The position numbers and the translations under genes are program-made. A model generated the notes under the pieces. The model worked only from the letters and a program-made list of their open reading frames with translations, searched no databases and was not told the DNA's origin. Positions 11,615 through 25,801 of a stretch of DNA of 64,000 nt are shown piece by piece (the stretch's first letter is position 1; each line of letters starts with the position of its first letter). Source of the stretch: Octopus vulgaris (taxonomy: Eukaryota); assembly GCA_951406725.2 (NCBI GenBank), contig OX597832.1, positions 18,166,001-18,230,000 of the forward strand. The letters are read 5' to 3'.

Positions 11615-12409
11615 CTATGTCCATCATCATCATCATCTTCACCACTGGCAGCAGCTGCTGCAGCTGAAATTTTTCCATCAGTAGCCACACGATATTCATT
11701 CCCATCACGGCGTATATCTGTATATCATATTTGCTAGTGTGAAGCAGTTTTTCCCCATTGCGTAAATTTCGTTTTCCGCTCGAGGTCTCTACATTTTCAA
11801 AATCTTTGAATCTCATTTGAGAATAGTACGCAGAGCTGTGCAAGGATTTTCGCAATGTACCGCATATATGTTGCATAAATGTCAGTCAATTATTTCGCTC
11901 ATTTAAATGCTGATACATTCGGCAATGTTTATTCCAAGTCATATTCATAATGTTTACCTTCCAAACACAGGCTTTTCAGAAAATTTTGAGTATCGCTTTA
12001 CAATATGAATAAAGAATATATGAATATAGATGTTTTGCCTCCTTTCTTTGTACGTTCACTCAGTGACACCTGTATAGGACTTATGTACCGTATCTTTTAT
12101 TTATTATCCTTTAATTCTTAACTCATGGGACAGTGGCCAAGCTAGGGCACCATCTAAAAGAAATTTTCTGTCGCACACACCAAGCACAGTAATTAATATT
12201 TTACAGACTGTTACTTATTCTAACTGTATCGTTCACAAGCTGGTATATTACAAGGACGTAAAGAATCGAGTAACGGCTGTCATGCAGAGGAGAGGCGAAA
12301 TAGCTAATCAAGAAATCAAGAAATGTCTTTTTAAGAAACACTCATTATTACAATGGACTCCGTGTGGGCAGTCATCTAAAAGTTTTTGTTCGTCATGATG
12401 CTGACATAA

Positions 12410-12698
12410 GTTCCTTGTCTTTCCTGATGAGAAGACGGCATAATGCACCCTTTATTCCTTCGGAATTAAGAATAAGCAGTCTTCGAAACATGTGTCGAGA
12501 ATAAAGGAATTTTGTTAAATCGTCGTTCGACTCCATTCTTTCATTTATCTATAGTAAAAAAACACAAATTTCCACACGAAAGCACGTGATTTCTGCCTTT
12601 GGCATGTAGCTTTAACCGTGCTTTCTGACGTAAATTGCTGCTACCCGGGTATCGGTTAACCGAATTATCCATACTAGGATAATTCATTCAACTACTTA

Positions 12699-12700
<2 letters not shown>
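12410..12700 (+). mobile_element. Penelope-like terminal fragment, family E
   Basis: Hammerhead followed by ACTCCATT and GCTACCCGGGTA blocks also present on the minus strand at 17255-17530; ends in (TA)n. Confidence 0.65.
12413..12507 (+). ncRNA. Type I hammerhead ribozyme motif, intact core
   Basis: CTGATGA 12424-12430, stem II GAAGAC/GTCTTC (6 bp), GAAA 12485-12488, stem III AC-ATGT-GT, GTC triplet ending at 12496, stem I TTTC/GAGA plus distal CCTT/AAGG. Confidence 0.8.
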
Positions 12701-12758
<58 letters not shown>

Positions 12759-12789
12759 GTATGTATGTATGTGTATATGTATATGTATA

Positions 12790-12823
<34 letters not shown>

Positions 12824-13167
12824 CATAATACATATATATGTGTGTGGGCGTTATTTATATATATGTATGTATGTATATGTTTAATCGTTTCTCAATTGTA
12901 AGTAATACTATAATATATTCTTATACACTAATACGTTTGAGGTTTTGTTTTACCATACTATTAAAACAGAAATACTTACTTAAAGAGATAGATTCTGCGC
13001 ACGAATAACGTCTCTAAGTTTTACAGTGCACAAACGCATAGAGTCCGTTCATCGTCTTATAATGACGTGAAACTTCAGGTGAGATAGCTATTTCATTATT
13101 ATGCTTTCTTTTAGACCTGCACATTAGCACATTAACTCAGAAATAGATGCACACATGCACGCGTGTG

Positions 13168-13227
<60 letters not shown>

Positions 13228-13269
13228 CACACACAAGCACACACAAACACAACACACACATTTATATAC

Positions 13270-13462
13270 AAGGAAAATTAACAAAAAATACAAAAGACGA
13301 AGACAGGTGGTGCAGACAACAAACAGATATATTACCTTAACGCTCGGGAGGTGAAAATGTCTTTAACGTTCCGAGCTTACGCTCTTCCGCAGAAAGGAAC
13401 ACAGAAAGAAACTAGGAGAGAATATAAAGAATGTGTATTGGCTAGCGATCTATCATGGCAAA
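13270..13462 (-). mobile_element. Family C short element with degenerate minimal hammerhead
   Basis: Minus strand CTTT-CTGCGGA-A-GAGC-GTAA-GCTC-GGAA-CGTT-AAAG; colinear with 16960-17168. Confidence 0.65.
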
Positions 13463-13616
13463 CATGTATGTATATATATATGTGCTGAGAGCTATGTGGA
13501 CAGCCAGGATCTATAAAAGTGAATGAAACAAATCTCTTTCGTACTCTCTCTTCTCTCTCTCCCTCACTCTCTTTCCCCCACTGTCTCTTTCTCTTTCTAT
13601 ATATATGCGTGCGTGT

Positions 13617-13685
<69 letters not shown>

Positions 13686-14129
13686 TGTACATGTGTGTGA
13701 GTGTATATAATTATATCTATGTATGTGTGTGCATTCGTGCGTTGAAATAGCAAGAGAAATGCAAAACAATTTTAAATTGACAATGCGTCGATATTTCAAG
13801 TGACGGGATTTTATAAATTTGGACGCCATCTTTAACTTGTATACTATTTAATTCACAGTACATGCACTAAAACTTTTAAAGATTACTTAGAAAACATCAT
13901 GTTATAAGTTGAGTGTTTTACACTTTGGGCCTGCAACTTGGAAACTATATCTTTGTATATGAATCATTCATATTAGCATACACAGTCTAAGAAAGAAATG
14001 CTTTTCGCTTCTTAGCTGTATCTGTATCGACTAATATGTTGCTTGTGACATGATTTTTACACTTACGATTTAGAAAACAGGCATTTTTTAGCTTTTTTGT
14101 TTTTTGATTTTCTAAGAAATTTTTTGTGC

Positions 14130-14620
14130 ATGCAATTGGCTTAGTGGTTAGGGTGTCAGCATCAAGATCGTAGGATTGTGGTTTCGATTCCTGGACCGGG
14201 TGACACGTTGTGTTCTTGAGCAAAACACTTCATTTCACGTTGCTCCAGTCCACTCAGCTAGCAAAAATGAGTAATGCTGCAATGCACTGGCGTTCCGTTC
14301 AGCTGAAGAACACATACACCATGGAAACTGAGAAACTGGGCCCATGTGCACGGCTAGGCTTTAAAAGGGCCCATTTGTTTTGTGGAGGTGCGGCGTTTAG
14401 TGGTTAGGGTGTCTGCACCATGATCGTTAGATTGTGGTTTCGATTCCTGAATCCGGGTGACGCGTTGTGTTCTTGAGAAAAACACTACATTTCACCTCTC
14501 TCCAGTCCACTCAGCAAGCAAAAATGAGTAACGCTGCGATGGACTGGCGTCCCCTCCAGCTGGGTAACACATACGCCATTGAAACTGGGAAACCGGGCCC
14601 ATGAGACTGGCTAGGCTTGA
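14130..14620 (+). mobile_element. Two tandem family 4 SINEs (tRNA head, CORE/Meta-like body)
   Basis: Units about 14130-14372 and 14384-14620: TTAGTGGTTAGGG (A box), GGTTTCGATTCC (B box), GTGTTCTTGAGCAAAACACTT, CCACTCAGC, GATGGACTGGCGTCCC. Confidence 0.85.
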
Positions 14621-15495
14621 CACTTTATCGTTTTAAGAAAACTTTAGCGAGAAAGGTAAAAGTTATTGCCATGAAACTTGTTAAAATAATTTGAAACATT
14701 TGTATCAAAATCGAAAATTAATGTTAATGAGATATAAATGTTCCATCCAAAACGGATTACACCAAATTATTTAAATATTGCAGGTTTTTGAGATGGACAT
14801 GATAGCTATAAACTTATTCTTTTTAGTTCAATAAAATAGTGAATATTTTAATAAATTCCCTAATGACTTGCAATCCTGGAGATTTTCTGAGAAAATAAGG
14901 GATAACAAAATTGGTGCTGAATTTGCACGTATCATCAATAGAAGATGGAATCTCAGGACGCATACATCAGTTTATGGTGTTCTTGTCAAAACTAATAATT
15001 TAGGCTGAATGTAATAATTAGTATTATGTAAAGTTCACTAAAATAAGATTTACATTTTCTAATCAGAGTGACTAGAATTAATATACATCAAGGTATAATG
15101 TAACGCTTTAGTAAATGAACAATCGTTATATTTGTATCTATTAGATGTGAAGTCCTACTTCGTTCAAAGTACTAATTATATTTCCCCTTATTTTCTTGGA
15201 GGTACTGTCCGTTTTCTGTGTACATAGTATTCTGGACAAAAGGTTTTTTTCCCACTACTCTTAATCTTTCATCTTAATTATGTTGTCCTACATTTTTTAT
15301 TACCTGTTTAACAGCAATCATTAATTGCCAGATATTCGCCGTTCCTATCTTAATGCCTTCTACATTTAATCCATATTTTACACCGCACCTTTCTCTCCAG
15401 CAACCCGTTCATCTGCGTATAAGTATATACTCATATTCGCCTATACTTTTGTCTGCTTATAGATGATTGTGTGTGTATGTGTGTGTGTGTATATG

Positions 15496-15531
<36 letters not shown>

Positions 15532-15643
15532 ATGTCTGTCTGTATATATGTATATGTGTAAATATATAAATATATATACGTTTAGGTATATGTATACACA
15601 TGCATATACATACATAGATATGATATATATTTATATATGTATG

Positions 15644-15710
<67 letters not shown>

Positions 15711-16513
15711 ATATATGTCTCTATATATGTACATGTGTAAATATATAGATATATATACGTTTAGGTATATGTATACACATACATATACATACATAGATAT
15801 AATATATATTTATATATGTGTGTGTGTGCATATATATATACACAACACATACGCATACATATAAAACGTATATATATATATATATATATGCATATATTTT
15901 TGTATGAATATGAGTAAAGACGTATATGTGTGCGTAAGTGTAACGGACTATGTGTGTGATTCTGCGCGTGCGAGTGTTTGTATATACATGTGAGTGTGTC
16001 TGTACGTGTATGTGAGTGTATGTGTGTATGTGTGTAGGATTTCTTTCTTTGTCAAAGTGTATTTGTGATAGTAACTGCTTGTCTTTGCAATCAATATTAG
16101 ATTAATTGTTATTCCATCATCGATATTGACGCTCCTATGTCAACCATCATCCCCGCCGACCTGTCACACCGTATTAAGTATAATCGGTACAAACGTTCGA
16201 GAGTAGAAGCAAACGCACTCAGATCCTCCCTCACGGGCATATGCGTACGCGAATATAAAAAAAAACAAAAATTACATAAAAAACATCTCCTCAGTCGTCC
16301 TCTGCTTTTGTCCCCCACCCTCTCTCGGTCTCTCTCTGAATGTGATTATGTGTGTATGCGTGTGTGTGTGTGTGTGTATGCGTGTGTGTGTGTAATATAT
16401 ATAAAATATTTTCTTATATGGATTCATAAGAATCCAGGCACGTCAACTTGTAGGACGCTAGAAATAGGTGGATATGATGCCATGAATACAAACATACATA
16501 CATACATACACAC

Positions 16514-16552
<39 letters not shown>

Positions 16553-16585
16553 TAAATAGATAGATAGATAGATAGATTGATAGAT

Positions 16586-16630
<45 letters not shown>

Positions 16631-16701
16631 TAGACATACACATATATATATATATATTTATATACATACATACATACATACATGTATATATATATATTTA
16701 T

Positions 16702-16751
<50 letters not shown>

Positions 16752-16766
16752 TATAATAAACGTCAC

Positions 16767-16925
16767 CTTTTTCAAGCTTAGCCAGGCTCATGGGCCCGGA
16801 TTCCCGGTTTCTGGGGCGTATGTGTTCCCCTCAGCTGGACGGGATGCCAGTCGCAGCGTTACTCAGAAAAAGAGCAGCATGTGGTAGTCAAAAGGGGTCG
16901 CCACTATCGCCTGCCGGATCCTCGT
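16767..16925 (-). mobile_element. 5'-truncated chimeric SINE (family 3 body, family 4 tail)
   Basis: 16767-16863 is the reverse complement of the family 4 tail; 16890-16925 matches the family 3 body (AGGGGTCGCCAC...CCTGCCGGA..CTCGTG). Confidence 0.7.
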
Positions 16926-16928
16926 GTA

Positions 16929-16959
<31 letters not shown>

Positions 16960-17167
16960 CCACCATGTTGATTCGTTAGCTCCTGCACGCATTTTTTTCT
17001 CTCCTTGTTTCTCTCCGTGTTTCTTTTCTGTGTATCTTTCTGTTGAAGAGCATAGGCTCGAAACGTAAAGACTTGTTTAATTTCTATTCCTGAGCGCCAT
17101 ACTAATACAATTGTTTGTTTGTACTCCACCTGCCTTCGTCTTTTGTTTATTTTCATAAAGCTTCCCG

Positions 17168-17168
<1 letters not shown>
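16960..17168 (+). mobile_element. Family C short element with minimal hammerhead-like motif
   Basis: TCTTT-CTGTTGA-A-GAGC-ATAG-GCTC-GAAA-CG-TA-AAGA at 17035-17071; (TA)n on both sides. Confidence 0.7.
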
Positions 17169-17237
<69 letters not shown>

Positions 17238-17254
17238 GTATGTGTGATTTTCAA

Positions 17255-17880
17255 TGTTACAAATAACACGGAAAAAAATTAATAGTTACCAGGGTAGCAA
17301 AAATTCAAGCAAGTACCAACGGTATAACAACCTACTTATAAAGATAGAAAGTGTAGGTTTATGTGAAATGTTTTTGAATAACATAAATAAATAATAAATG
17401 GAGTTAAAAGCAGGTGTTATTCAAATCTTCTTACTTCCGATATATGTTTCGAAGAAAACATTGGTATTATTCCAGAAGGAATTAAAATGGTCTAAAACAA
17501 TGCAATCTTCTCATCAGGGGAAGAAAGAAACCAAACACATCAATAAAACATATGTATATGATAAAGAGAACGCTAGAAAGTTGTTTCTTTTTCTTTTTTA
17601 ATCCGTTAGTAGATATAAGGTCAAAGGTTGTTTATAGGAAGAGAAATAGGAGAAAGAAAGAAATTGGACAAAGATGGTGCCTTCTGGAATTTTTTCGCCG
17701 GATCCAGTATTCACAATCATGCGGAGGCAAGCTCTAAATTTTCAAGAATTACATCCCCTTACGACGTTTAGCCCGGCAGTCGCAGCTGCTTATTAGGTTA
17801 TGGGTGGTGTTGCTTGCAAACAGATATTTGGAGCCGCAACTGAAAGTAGAGTGCCACCAAAGTGGATGAACAGAGTCAGA
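17255..17880 (-). mobile_element. Penelope-like 3' fragment, family E
   Basis: Hammerhead at 17428-17529 and downstream homology to 12410-12700; the upstream part may be decayed endonuclease C-terminus (weak); boundary approximate. Confidence 0.6.
17428..17529 (-). ncRNA. Type I hammerhead motif, near-canonical
   Basis: TTCTTTCTTCCC-CTGATGA-GAAGA..CATTG...CAATG..TCTTC-GAAACATATATC-GGAAGTAAGAA; stem I CTTCC/GGAAG and TTCTT/AAGAA; triplet ATC. Confidence 0.72.
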
Positions 17881-17984
17881 AAATAAGAAGTATGTTGTCA
17901 AAAGTCACACAATCGGTTTATCTATTCTTTAGGGCTTAATGCCCAGACAATGTATGACACTTCACAGGTCGATAGAGAATCATA

Positions 17985-18822
17985 CTTTCTACTGGATACA
18001 CAAGGCGTCAAATTTGGGGCAAGGGTTAAGTCGATTACATCGACCCCAGTGCATGACTGGTACTTAATTTTGACGACCCGAAAGGATGACAGGCAAAGTC
18101 GACCTCGGCAGAATTTGAACTCAGAATATAAAGAAAGACGAAATACTGCTAAGCATTTCGTCCAGCATGTTAACGATAATGCCAGCTCGCCGCCTTGACA
18201 CGCACCAACAATCTTTTCTAATTTAGGCACACCGCCCGAAAATTCTGGGGAGGACGCCAATCAAACACTTCGACCCATTACATAACTCGTACTTAATTTA
18301 TAGATCATGAAATGAGGAAAGGCAATGTCAACCTATGCGGAATTTGAACTCAATGTAAGATAGACGAAATAACGATATGCATTTCGATTCTGCCAGCCCG
18401 CCGCTTTGACATCTACCAATAATCTCTTCTACTCTAGACTTAAGGCCCGAAATCTTTTTGGAGGGGTCCAGTTGAATAGATCGACCCCAGGACGCAGCTG
18501 GTACTTAAGTTATCGAACCCGAAATGATGAAAGGCAAAGTCGACCTCGGCGGAATTTTATCTCAGAAGGAAATGTCAGACGAAATACCTATTTCTTTTAT
18601 TACCCACAAGGGGCTAAAAACAGAAGGGACAAACAAGGCTAGACAAACGGATTAAGTCGATTATATCAACCCCAGTGCGTAACTGGTACTTATTTAATCG
18701 ACCCCGAGAGTATGAAAGGCAAAGTCGACCTCGGCGGAATTTGAACTCAAAACGTAGTAGCAGGCGAAATACCGCTAAGCATTTCGCCAAGCGTGCTAAT
18801 GATTCTGCCAGCTTGCAGCCTC
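17985..18822 (-). mobile_element. Cluster of four family 2 SINE units in the same orientation
   Basis: Units at about 17985-18194, 18215-18404, 18426-18588 and 18589-18820. Confidence 0.88.
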
Positions 18823-19171
18823 GACACCTACCAGTAATATCGAATGGAACAGTACGTTGACAAAGATTGGAACAGAAATTAGTTGGCGTTAATAAGTAAA
18901 CCGATTCTATCTATATGAATGTTTTTCATTCTTGTGTCGACGGGTTAAACTTCTGGGTTTTCTTCAGATTTTCTCTTAACTAAACACTTAACCTGCCTGA
19001 AAATATAGTGCGACATTTTGCCTCATTTCCCTATAACTATTTAAAGTACTTCACTGCATGTTATCTGGAAGACTTTTCTTTTGTTGTTATTGTTGTTGTT
19101 GTTGTACAGGTCTGTGTGCATTGTAAAAAGGATTATTGTTATATCTATTAATATTATTACTTTTATTACCA

Positions 19172-19770
<599 letters not shown>

Positions 19771-20085
19771 TTTATTGGCGATGTATTTGTTGTTAAAGCT
19801 AAGCTTCTGTCTTCCTCCTTTCATCTCCCTTTCTTTGGTTCTTATTTATTCTATCGCCTCCACTTTGATCTTAAATAACACAACTTTCACATCTGCTTAG
19901 CTCAGCATTTCGTCGCTTTTGCTATTGTTGTTATTGTTGTTGTTGTTTTTTCCTCCCTCTCCTTAATTTTTATCCCTTCTCCTCCTCCTCCTCCTCCGCC
20001 TATTGATCAGCTTTTACGCCTAAATCCTAAATGTTCTTGTTCGTCTTTCTTCTTCTCTTTTCAAAATATCATCATAATCCTTTTC

Positions 20086-20086
<1 letters not shown>

Positions 20087-20153
<67 letters not shown>

Positions 20154-20684
20154 TATCATCATCATCGTCATCATTATCAATTAAATATCATCATCATCAT
20201 CGTCGTAATCATCATCAACATCAAATCATCATCATCATCATCATCATCTTCGCCTTCATGATAGCCATCATCATCATCATCCTCCTCCTCGCCCTCATCA
20301 TCATCGTTTTTTTCTTCTATTTCTTGTTCTTCTGGTACTACTACATATCTCTATCTCTTCTACACCTTCTCCTCCTACATTTCCCTCATCGCTCTACCAT
20401 TTTCCTTTTCTTTTCCTCTCCCTTCATCTTTCTTCTTCTTCTTCTTCTTCCTCTCCTCCCTTTCGTCTTTTTTCTTCTCCTCTCCTACTTCTTCGTCTTC
20501 TTCTCCCTCTTCTTCTTCATTTTTTCGTGGTACTACTATTCTTCTTCTTCTTCTTCTTCTTCTTCTTCTTCTTCTTCTTCTCGTGGTACAACTACACCTC
20601 TCTATCTCTTCTACACCTTCTCCTCCAACATGTTCCTCACACCTCTGCCTTTTTCCTTTCCGTCTCTACCTCACTTCTACTTCC

Positions 20685-20715
<31 letters not shown>

Positions 20716-20925
20716 CTTCTTCTTCTTCTTCTTCTTCTTCTTCTTCTTCTTCTTCTTCTTCTTCTTCTTCTTCTTCTTCTTCTTCTTCTTCTTCTTCTTC
20801 TTCTTCTTCTTCTTCTTCTTCTTCTTCTTCTTCTTCTTCTTCTTCTTCTTGTACCGATAAAATAAAATTAATTACTATTATTATTATTACTATTATTACT
20901 ATTATTATTATTATTATTATTATTA
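20087..20925. repeat. (CAT)n, (CTT)n and (ATT)n low-complexity block, including a pure (CTT)n run of about 160 bp
   Basis: Directly visible; pure run about 20687-20850. Confidence 0.95.
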
Positions 20926-21389
20926 CAAATTGTATTGATTCTATTCGGGTAAGATTTGTAAATTTTAAACATTTTCCTTCTTATCTTCTTCGTTTCCCTG
21001 TTCTCTTTCAGCATATATGTGTTAGTTAAGTGTTTCCCATTCCTTTTTTGTTATTCATGTTGTTCTTGTTGTGAGCACGTTATATTTGCTTTTTCAATAT
21101 TTTACTGTTTTTGTTGGTTTCATGTTTTTTTTTTTGTCTATCCTTCTTTCTCATGCCGTCCGAACTTTTCTTTTTCTTACACCTCAGGGTACGATTTTCG
21201 TGTCAGACAAAAAAAAAAAAAAACACAGTCCCCCACATATATGCAAACATATAAACACACACTTACATTTGCTTATCGACGTGTGAATGTGTGTATGTAT
21301 ACATCTTATATATGTACATATATGTGTGTGTGTGTGTGTATGTATTTATACATATGTATATGTCTATACATGTGTCAATATCTATATGT

Positions 21390-21419
21390 AGATAGACAAA
21401 CAGATAGATAGATGGATAA

Positions 21420-21472
<53 letters not shown>

Positions 21473-21498
21473 AAGGTAGATAGATAGATAGATGGATG

Positions 21499-21555
<57 letters not shown>

Positions 21556-21875
21556 GTAGGTAGATAGATAGATAGATAGATAGATAGATATATGGTAGAT
21601 AGATAGATAGATATATGGTAGATAGATAAATAGATAGACAGAGAGACAGACAGATAGATAGACAGACATATAGATAGATAGATAGTTAGTTAGATAGGTG
21701 GAGGATAGATAGATAGATGGATGGATAGATAGATAGACAGACAGTTAGATAGATAGAAGGATCGACAGATAGATGGGTAGTTAGATAGATAGATATATAG
21801 ATAGACAGACAGATAGACAGATAGATAGACAGACAGACAGACAGACATGCAGGTAGATAGATATATAGATAGATT

Positions 21876-21936
<61 letters not shown>

Positions 21937-21940
21937 ATAG
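21390..21940. repeat. (GATA)n/(GACA)n tetranucleotide array
   Basis: Directly visible; similar arrays at 30280-30625, 49108-49460 and 51198-51500. Confidence 0.95.
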
Positions 21941-22292
21941 ATGATTATGAACGAACAAAAAGTACCACCAGACAAGTTTTCAATAATGAACAAATCCTAT
22001 CAACTGTGGATTTTGTTAGAACTTTGACTCCCTGCTGTTTCTATTGCCTTCAATAACTCCCCTCTGACACCCTCCCACACCGTCCGTCTCACTTTTTAGG
22101 CCTTTGCGTATGTGTCTCTACGTCACTGTGCCTCTCTCCCTCATTTCCTCTTTCTCTCTCCTTTCTCTCTTTATATTTCTTTCTCTCTACTTATTTTACC
22201 TAAGTATTTTTTTTCTGTATCCCTTGTTCTCTCTCTCACTTCCCTCACATTTTCTTCGTCTCTGTCTCTCTGTCTCTCTGTCTCTCTGTATC

Positions 22293-22329
<37 letters not shown>

Positions 22330-22753
22330 TCCTCCCTCTTTCTGCCTCTCTGCAACTCTGAATCTCATTCAAGTATCTCATCATGGCATCCCTGATAACT
22401 TTTCTTTTATCTTCACCTCTTTTAATATACATTGCAGCTTTTGTTCTGATTGTTTTCTTCTATTCTTTCTGTTCCTTGTTTTAGCTCCTTTTATTGTATT
22501 GCCCCTTTATCATTAATTTTATTTAAATTTCAGTTTCTTTCTTTTCTACTTGAGCCCTTTTTTCTTTATTCGTACCCTTTCTTATATATTTCCCTTCCCG
22601 CTCCGTTTTCTCTCTTGTTTTTACCCCAGAACTCATTTGCATGCTTGGCAATTCTCCCCTTCAGTCAGTCTGTCTGTCTTTCTCTCCCTCCGTCTTCCTC
22701 TCACTCCCTATCTATTTATCTATCTCTCTATATAAATATATACATATATATAC

Positions 22754-22815
<62 letters not shown>

Positions 22816-22848
22816 ATACATATACATATATATATATATATTTGTATG

Positions 22849-22882
<34 letters not shown>

Positions 22883-22897
22883 TATACATATACATAC

Positions 22898-23002
<105 letters not shown>

Positions 23003-23972
23003 AATATATATGTGTGTGAGTATCGGTTTGTATGTTTTCCGTGTGTGCTAGTGAGTATGGTGCACATGTATGAGTCTTTCTTAAAATTACATGTTTTTCC
23101 CTCCCTCCACAATTTTTATTCCTTTTCACTGTATCACGTTCAAACCCTCCCATCCCCCATCAGCTCCCTTTCTCTCTTCCCCTCTCTCTCCTTCTCGCTC
23201 TCTTACTCTCCAATTCTTACGACTGCTCACCCTTTCCCCTTTTTTCCAGTCTATCACTCTCACTTTTCCTTCTATAATGCCGTCCGTAATTAGCAAAGTT
23301 TTCTTCCGTTTCCCAACGGCATCCCGCTGTTTCCCGGTCTTTTTCTACCACGTGATATCGACAGACCACCTGCTGATGCTAATGATATATGTTATTCCAC
23401 TATAACTGGCAATCTTACCGTAGGTAATTTAGTCTCGCATGCAACGCAAATATTCTTCTGCTAGCGTCAAATTTACGAAAAGTAACAAATATGGAGACAC
23501 GAAAAAAATTAAATAAATGAATAAATGAACAATTCTAAATCTTTAAACAAAATCTTTTTCAAAAAAATATTTACGAGGGGATTAACGTTACTCGAAATAC
23601 TAACTAACGTTCTTTTTTTAATGGCGCTATGTAAATCGCTTTTAGTGAGAACACGAAATATTTTCTGACATTTCTAAGTAATTTTACTATGTCAATTCTA
23701 AGATATAAGCAAGAAACACATAAGAAGGTTTTTGCATCCTGTCTCGTTCAAATTTTATATTTATTACTAGAAAATAACATTTATATCCTAAATTGTTATA
23801 CTTCTCTTTGTAGCGTTTCCTTGGAATTTTCTCCTTCAGTCAGACTGTCTGTCTGTCTCCCTCTTCCTTGCACTCATTATCTATCTATCTATCTATCTAT
23901 CTATGTTCTTCTCCTCCTTCTTTTTCTCATTCTTCTTCTTCTTCTTCTTCTTCTTATTATTATTATTATTAC

Positions 23973-24140
<168 letters not shown>

Positions 24141-24409
24141 CATTATTATTATATTATATATGTTAACGTGTCTTACACGCTTATGTTCTGGTGTTTGATG
24201 AATTTCTCTTGAGAACCTTCTTTTCTTTGTAGTTAGATTGAATGTGACCTTCTTCTAGCATATTTGTTATCCACTTAATCGTCATCCCTAAATATACAGA
24301 TGTATTGCAATTTTTTTCTTATTTTTCCGATTTTACTATAAGCTAAGCTTCTTGTTTTAAGTTGATAATAATTAAATTAATATTCAATTTGTCACCCTCG
24401 TTATTTAAA

Positions 24410-24469
<60 letters not shown>

Positions 24470-24496
24470 GATTTACGATATATATATATATATAAG

Positions 24497-24793
24497 ATTC
24501 GGATGGATTAGGTGCTTAAGTTGAGGCACCAAAAATTAGTGCGGAATTATCCGTACACTTTGAAATAAGGTGAATAAAATCAAAATAAGCAACAGCATAT
24601 CGTGACGTGATGCACTACGATCATTTCAAGCGACTTCTATTTATTTATTCATTCATTCTTTCATATATGTGTTTATTTATGCAGCTGAGGATAGCTCTGC
24701 ATTTAAATTGATGTAATTATTACATTGTTCAATTAAATAGAGTCGCTTGAAACGATCGTACTGCATCACCTCTGGATATCCTGCTGCTTAGTT

Positions 24794-24797
<4 letters not shown>
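24497..24797. mobile_element. Fold-back element, family B, in (TA)n
   Basis: 24580-24644 is an imperfect reverse complement of 24734-24796; (TA)n on both sides. Confidence 0.75.
24679..24766 (+). ncRNA. Type I hammerhead ribozyme motif, intact core
   Basis: Stem I ATGCAG/CTGCAT (6 bp), CTGAGGA 24685-24691, stem II TAGC/GCTT, GAAA 24749-24752, palindrome ACGATCGT, GTA triplet ending at 24760. Confidence 0.8.
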
Positions 24798-24824
<27 letters not shown>

Positions 24825-25309
24825 ACATTTTTGTAAGTCTATTCTTCGGTCGGTTTATATTATTTTTATTATTACTCGAAGGGTTGTTATATAACCTTTT
24901 GTATCTACTGTATCTATACAGTATACATACATCGGGCTTCTTTCACTTTGTCTTGTACGAAATTTATTCACAGGTTTGGTCATAACTCTGTTATATATGA
25001 GTACACTATACCATGGTGCATGCAGGGTGGGAAACAAACATCTGACTAAAAGTGTATTTAGGAGTAGAATAAGTGTGGAACAGATGTAGGGAATGCAAAT
25101 ATGACCTAGAAAACGGAAGCCAGTCCCATGTGCTTCTAGTACGTCGAAAGAGTGATTGATCAGGTTCTAATGTTTAACTGGGAGATGGAAAAAGTTTCAC
25201 ATCGAAAAATAAGAAAGCTCCAATGCGGCCTGTCTTTTTCATCGATTCGCTTCAAATAAATCCCGTTCAATAGCATTTTCCTCTACTGTTGAGTCCATTG
25301 TAGTATATC

Positions 25310-25801
25310 AGCGTGCTACAAGAAGCAAAAATGACCAGCATCGAAGCCTATGTCATCAAAGGCCAACTAAGATGTAGCGGCCACGTGGTTAGAATGACTG
25401 ACGAACGACTTCCCAAACAGATCTTCTACTCCCAACTCAAAGACGGCAAGCGTATAAAAGGAGGCCAGAAGAAACGCTACAAGGACTCCCTGAAATCGAA
25501 CCTCAAAAAGTGTGACATTGACTTCACCAACTGGGAGGAAACGGCAAAAAACAGACCACTCCGGAAAACCACCATCCATGAGGGAACGGCGAATTTCGAG
25601 TCGAAAAGGTCTGCAGAGCTGGAGGAGAAAAGACGACGACGGAAGGAGCACCAACAACAATCACGTGCGAGTCTCCCTTCCGGCACTAGATGTCCGCACT
25701 GTGACCGATCTTTTCGAGCAAGAATTGGTCTTATCAGCCACCTGCGGACTCACCAATAAATTTGCGCGAAGACCATCATCCTCGACCTTGAGGGATTGCC
25801 A

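Noticed and set aside
14785-15000. Tc1/mariner transposase remnant
   Set aside because: Only a vague SPDLNP-like resemblance; no TIRs or second motif.
15520-15830. Duplicated TA-rich blocks (also 44200-44360 versus 44940-45060, 26100-26165 and 7614-7662)
   Set aside because: Ordinary local slippage duplications.
25313-25759. Host C2H2 zinc-finger gene
   Set aside because: LINE C-terminal motifs, repeat tail and TSD show it is a retroelement fragment.
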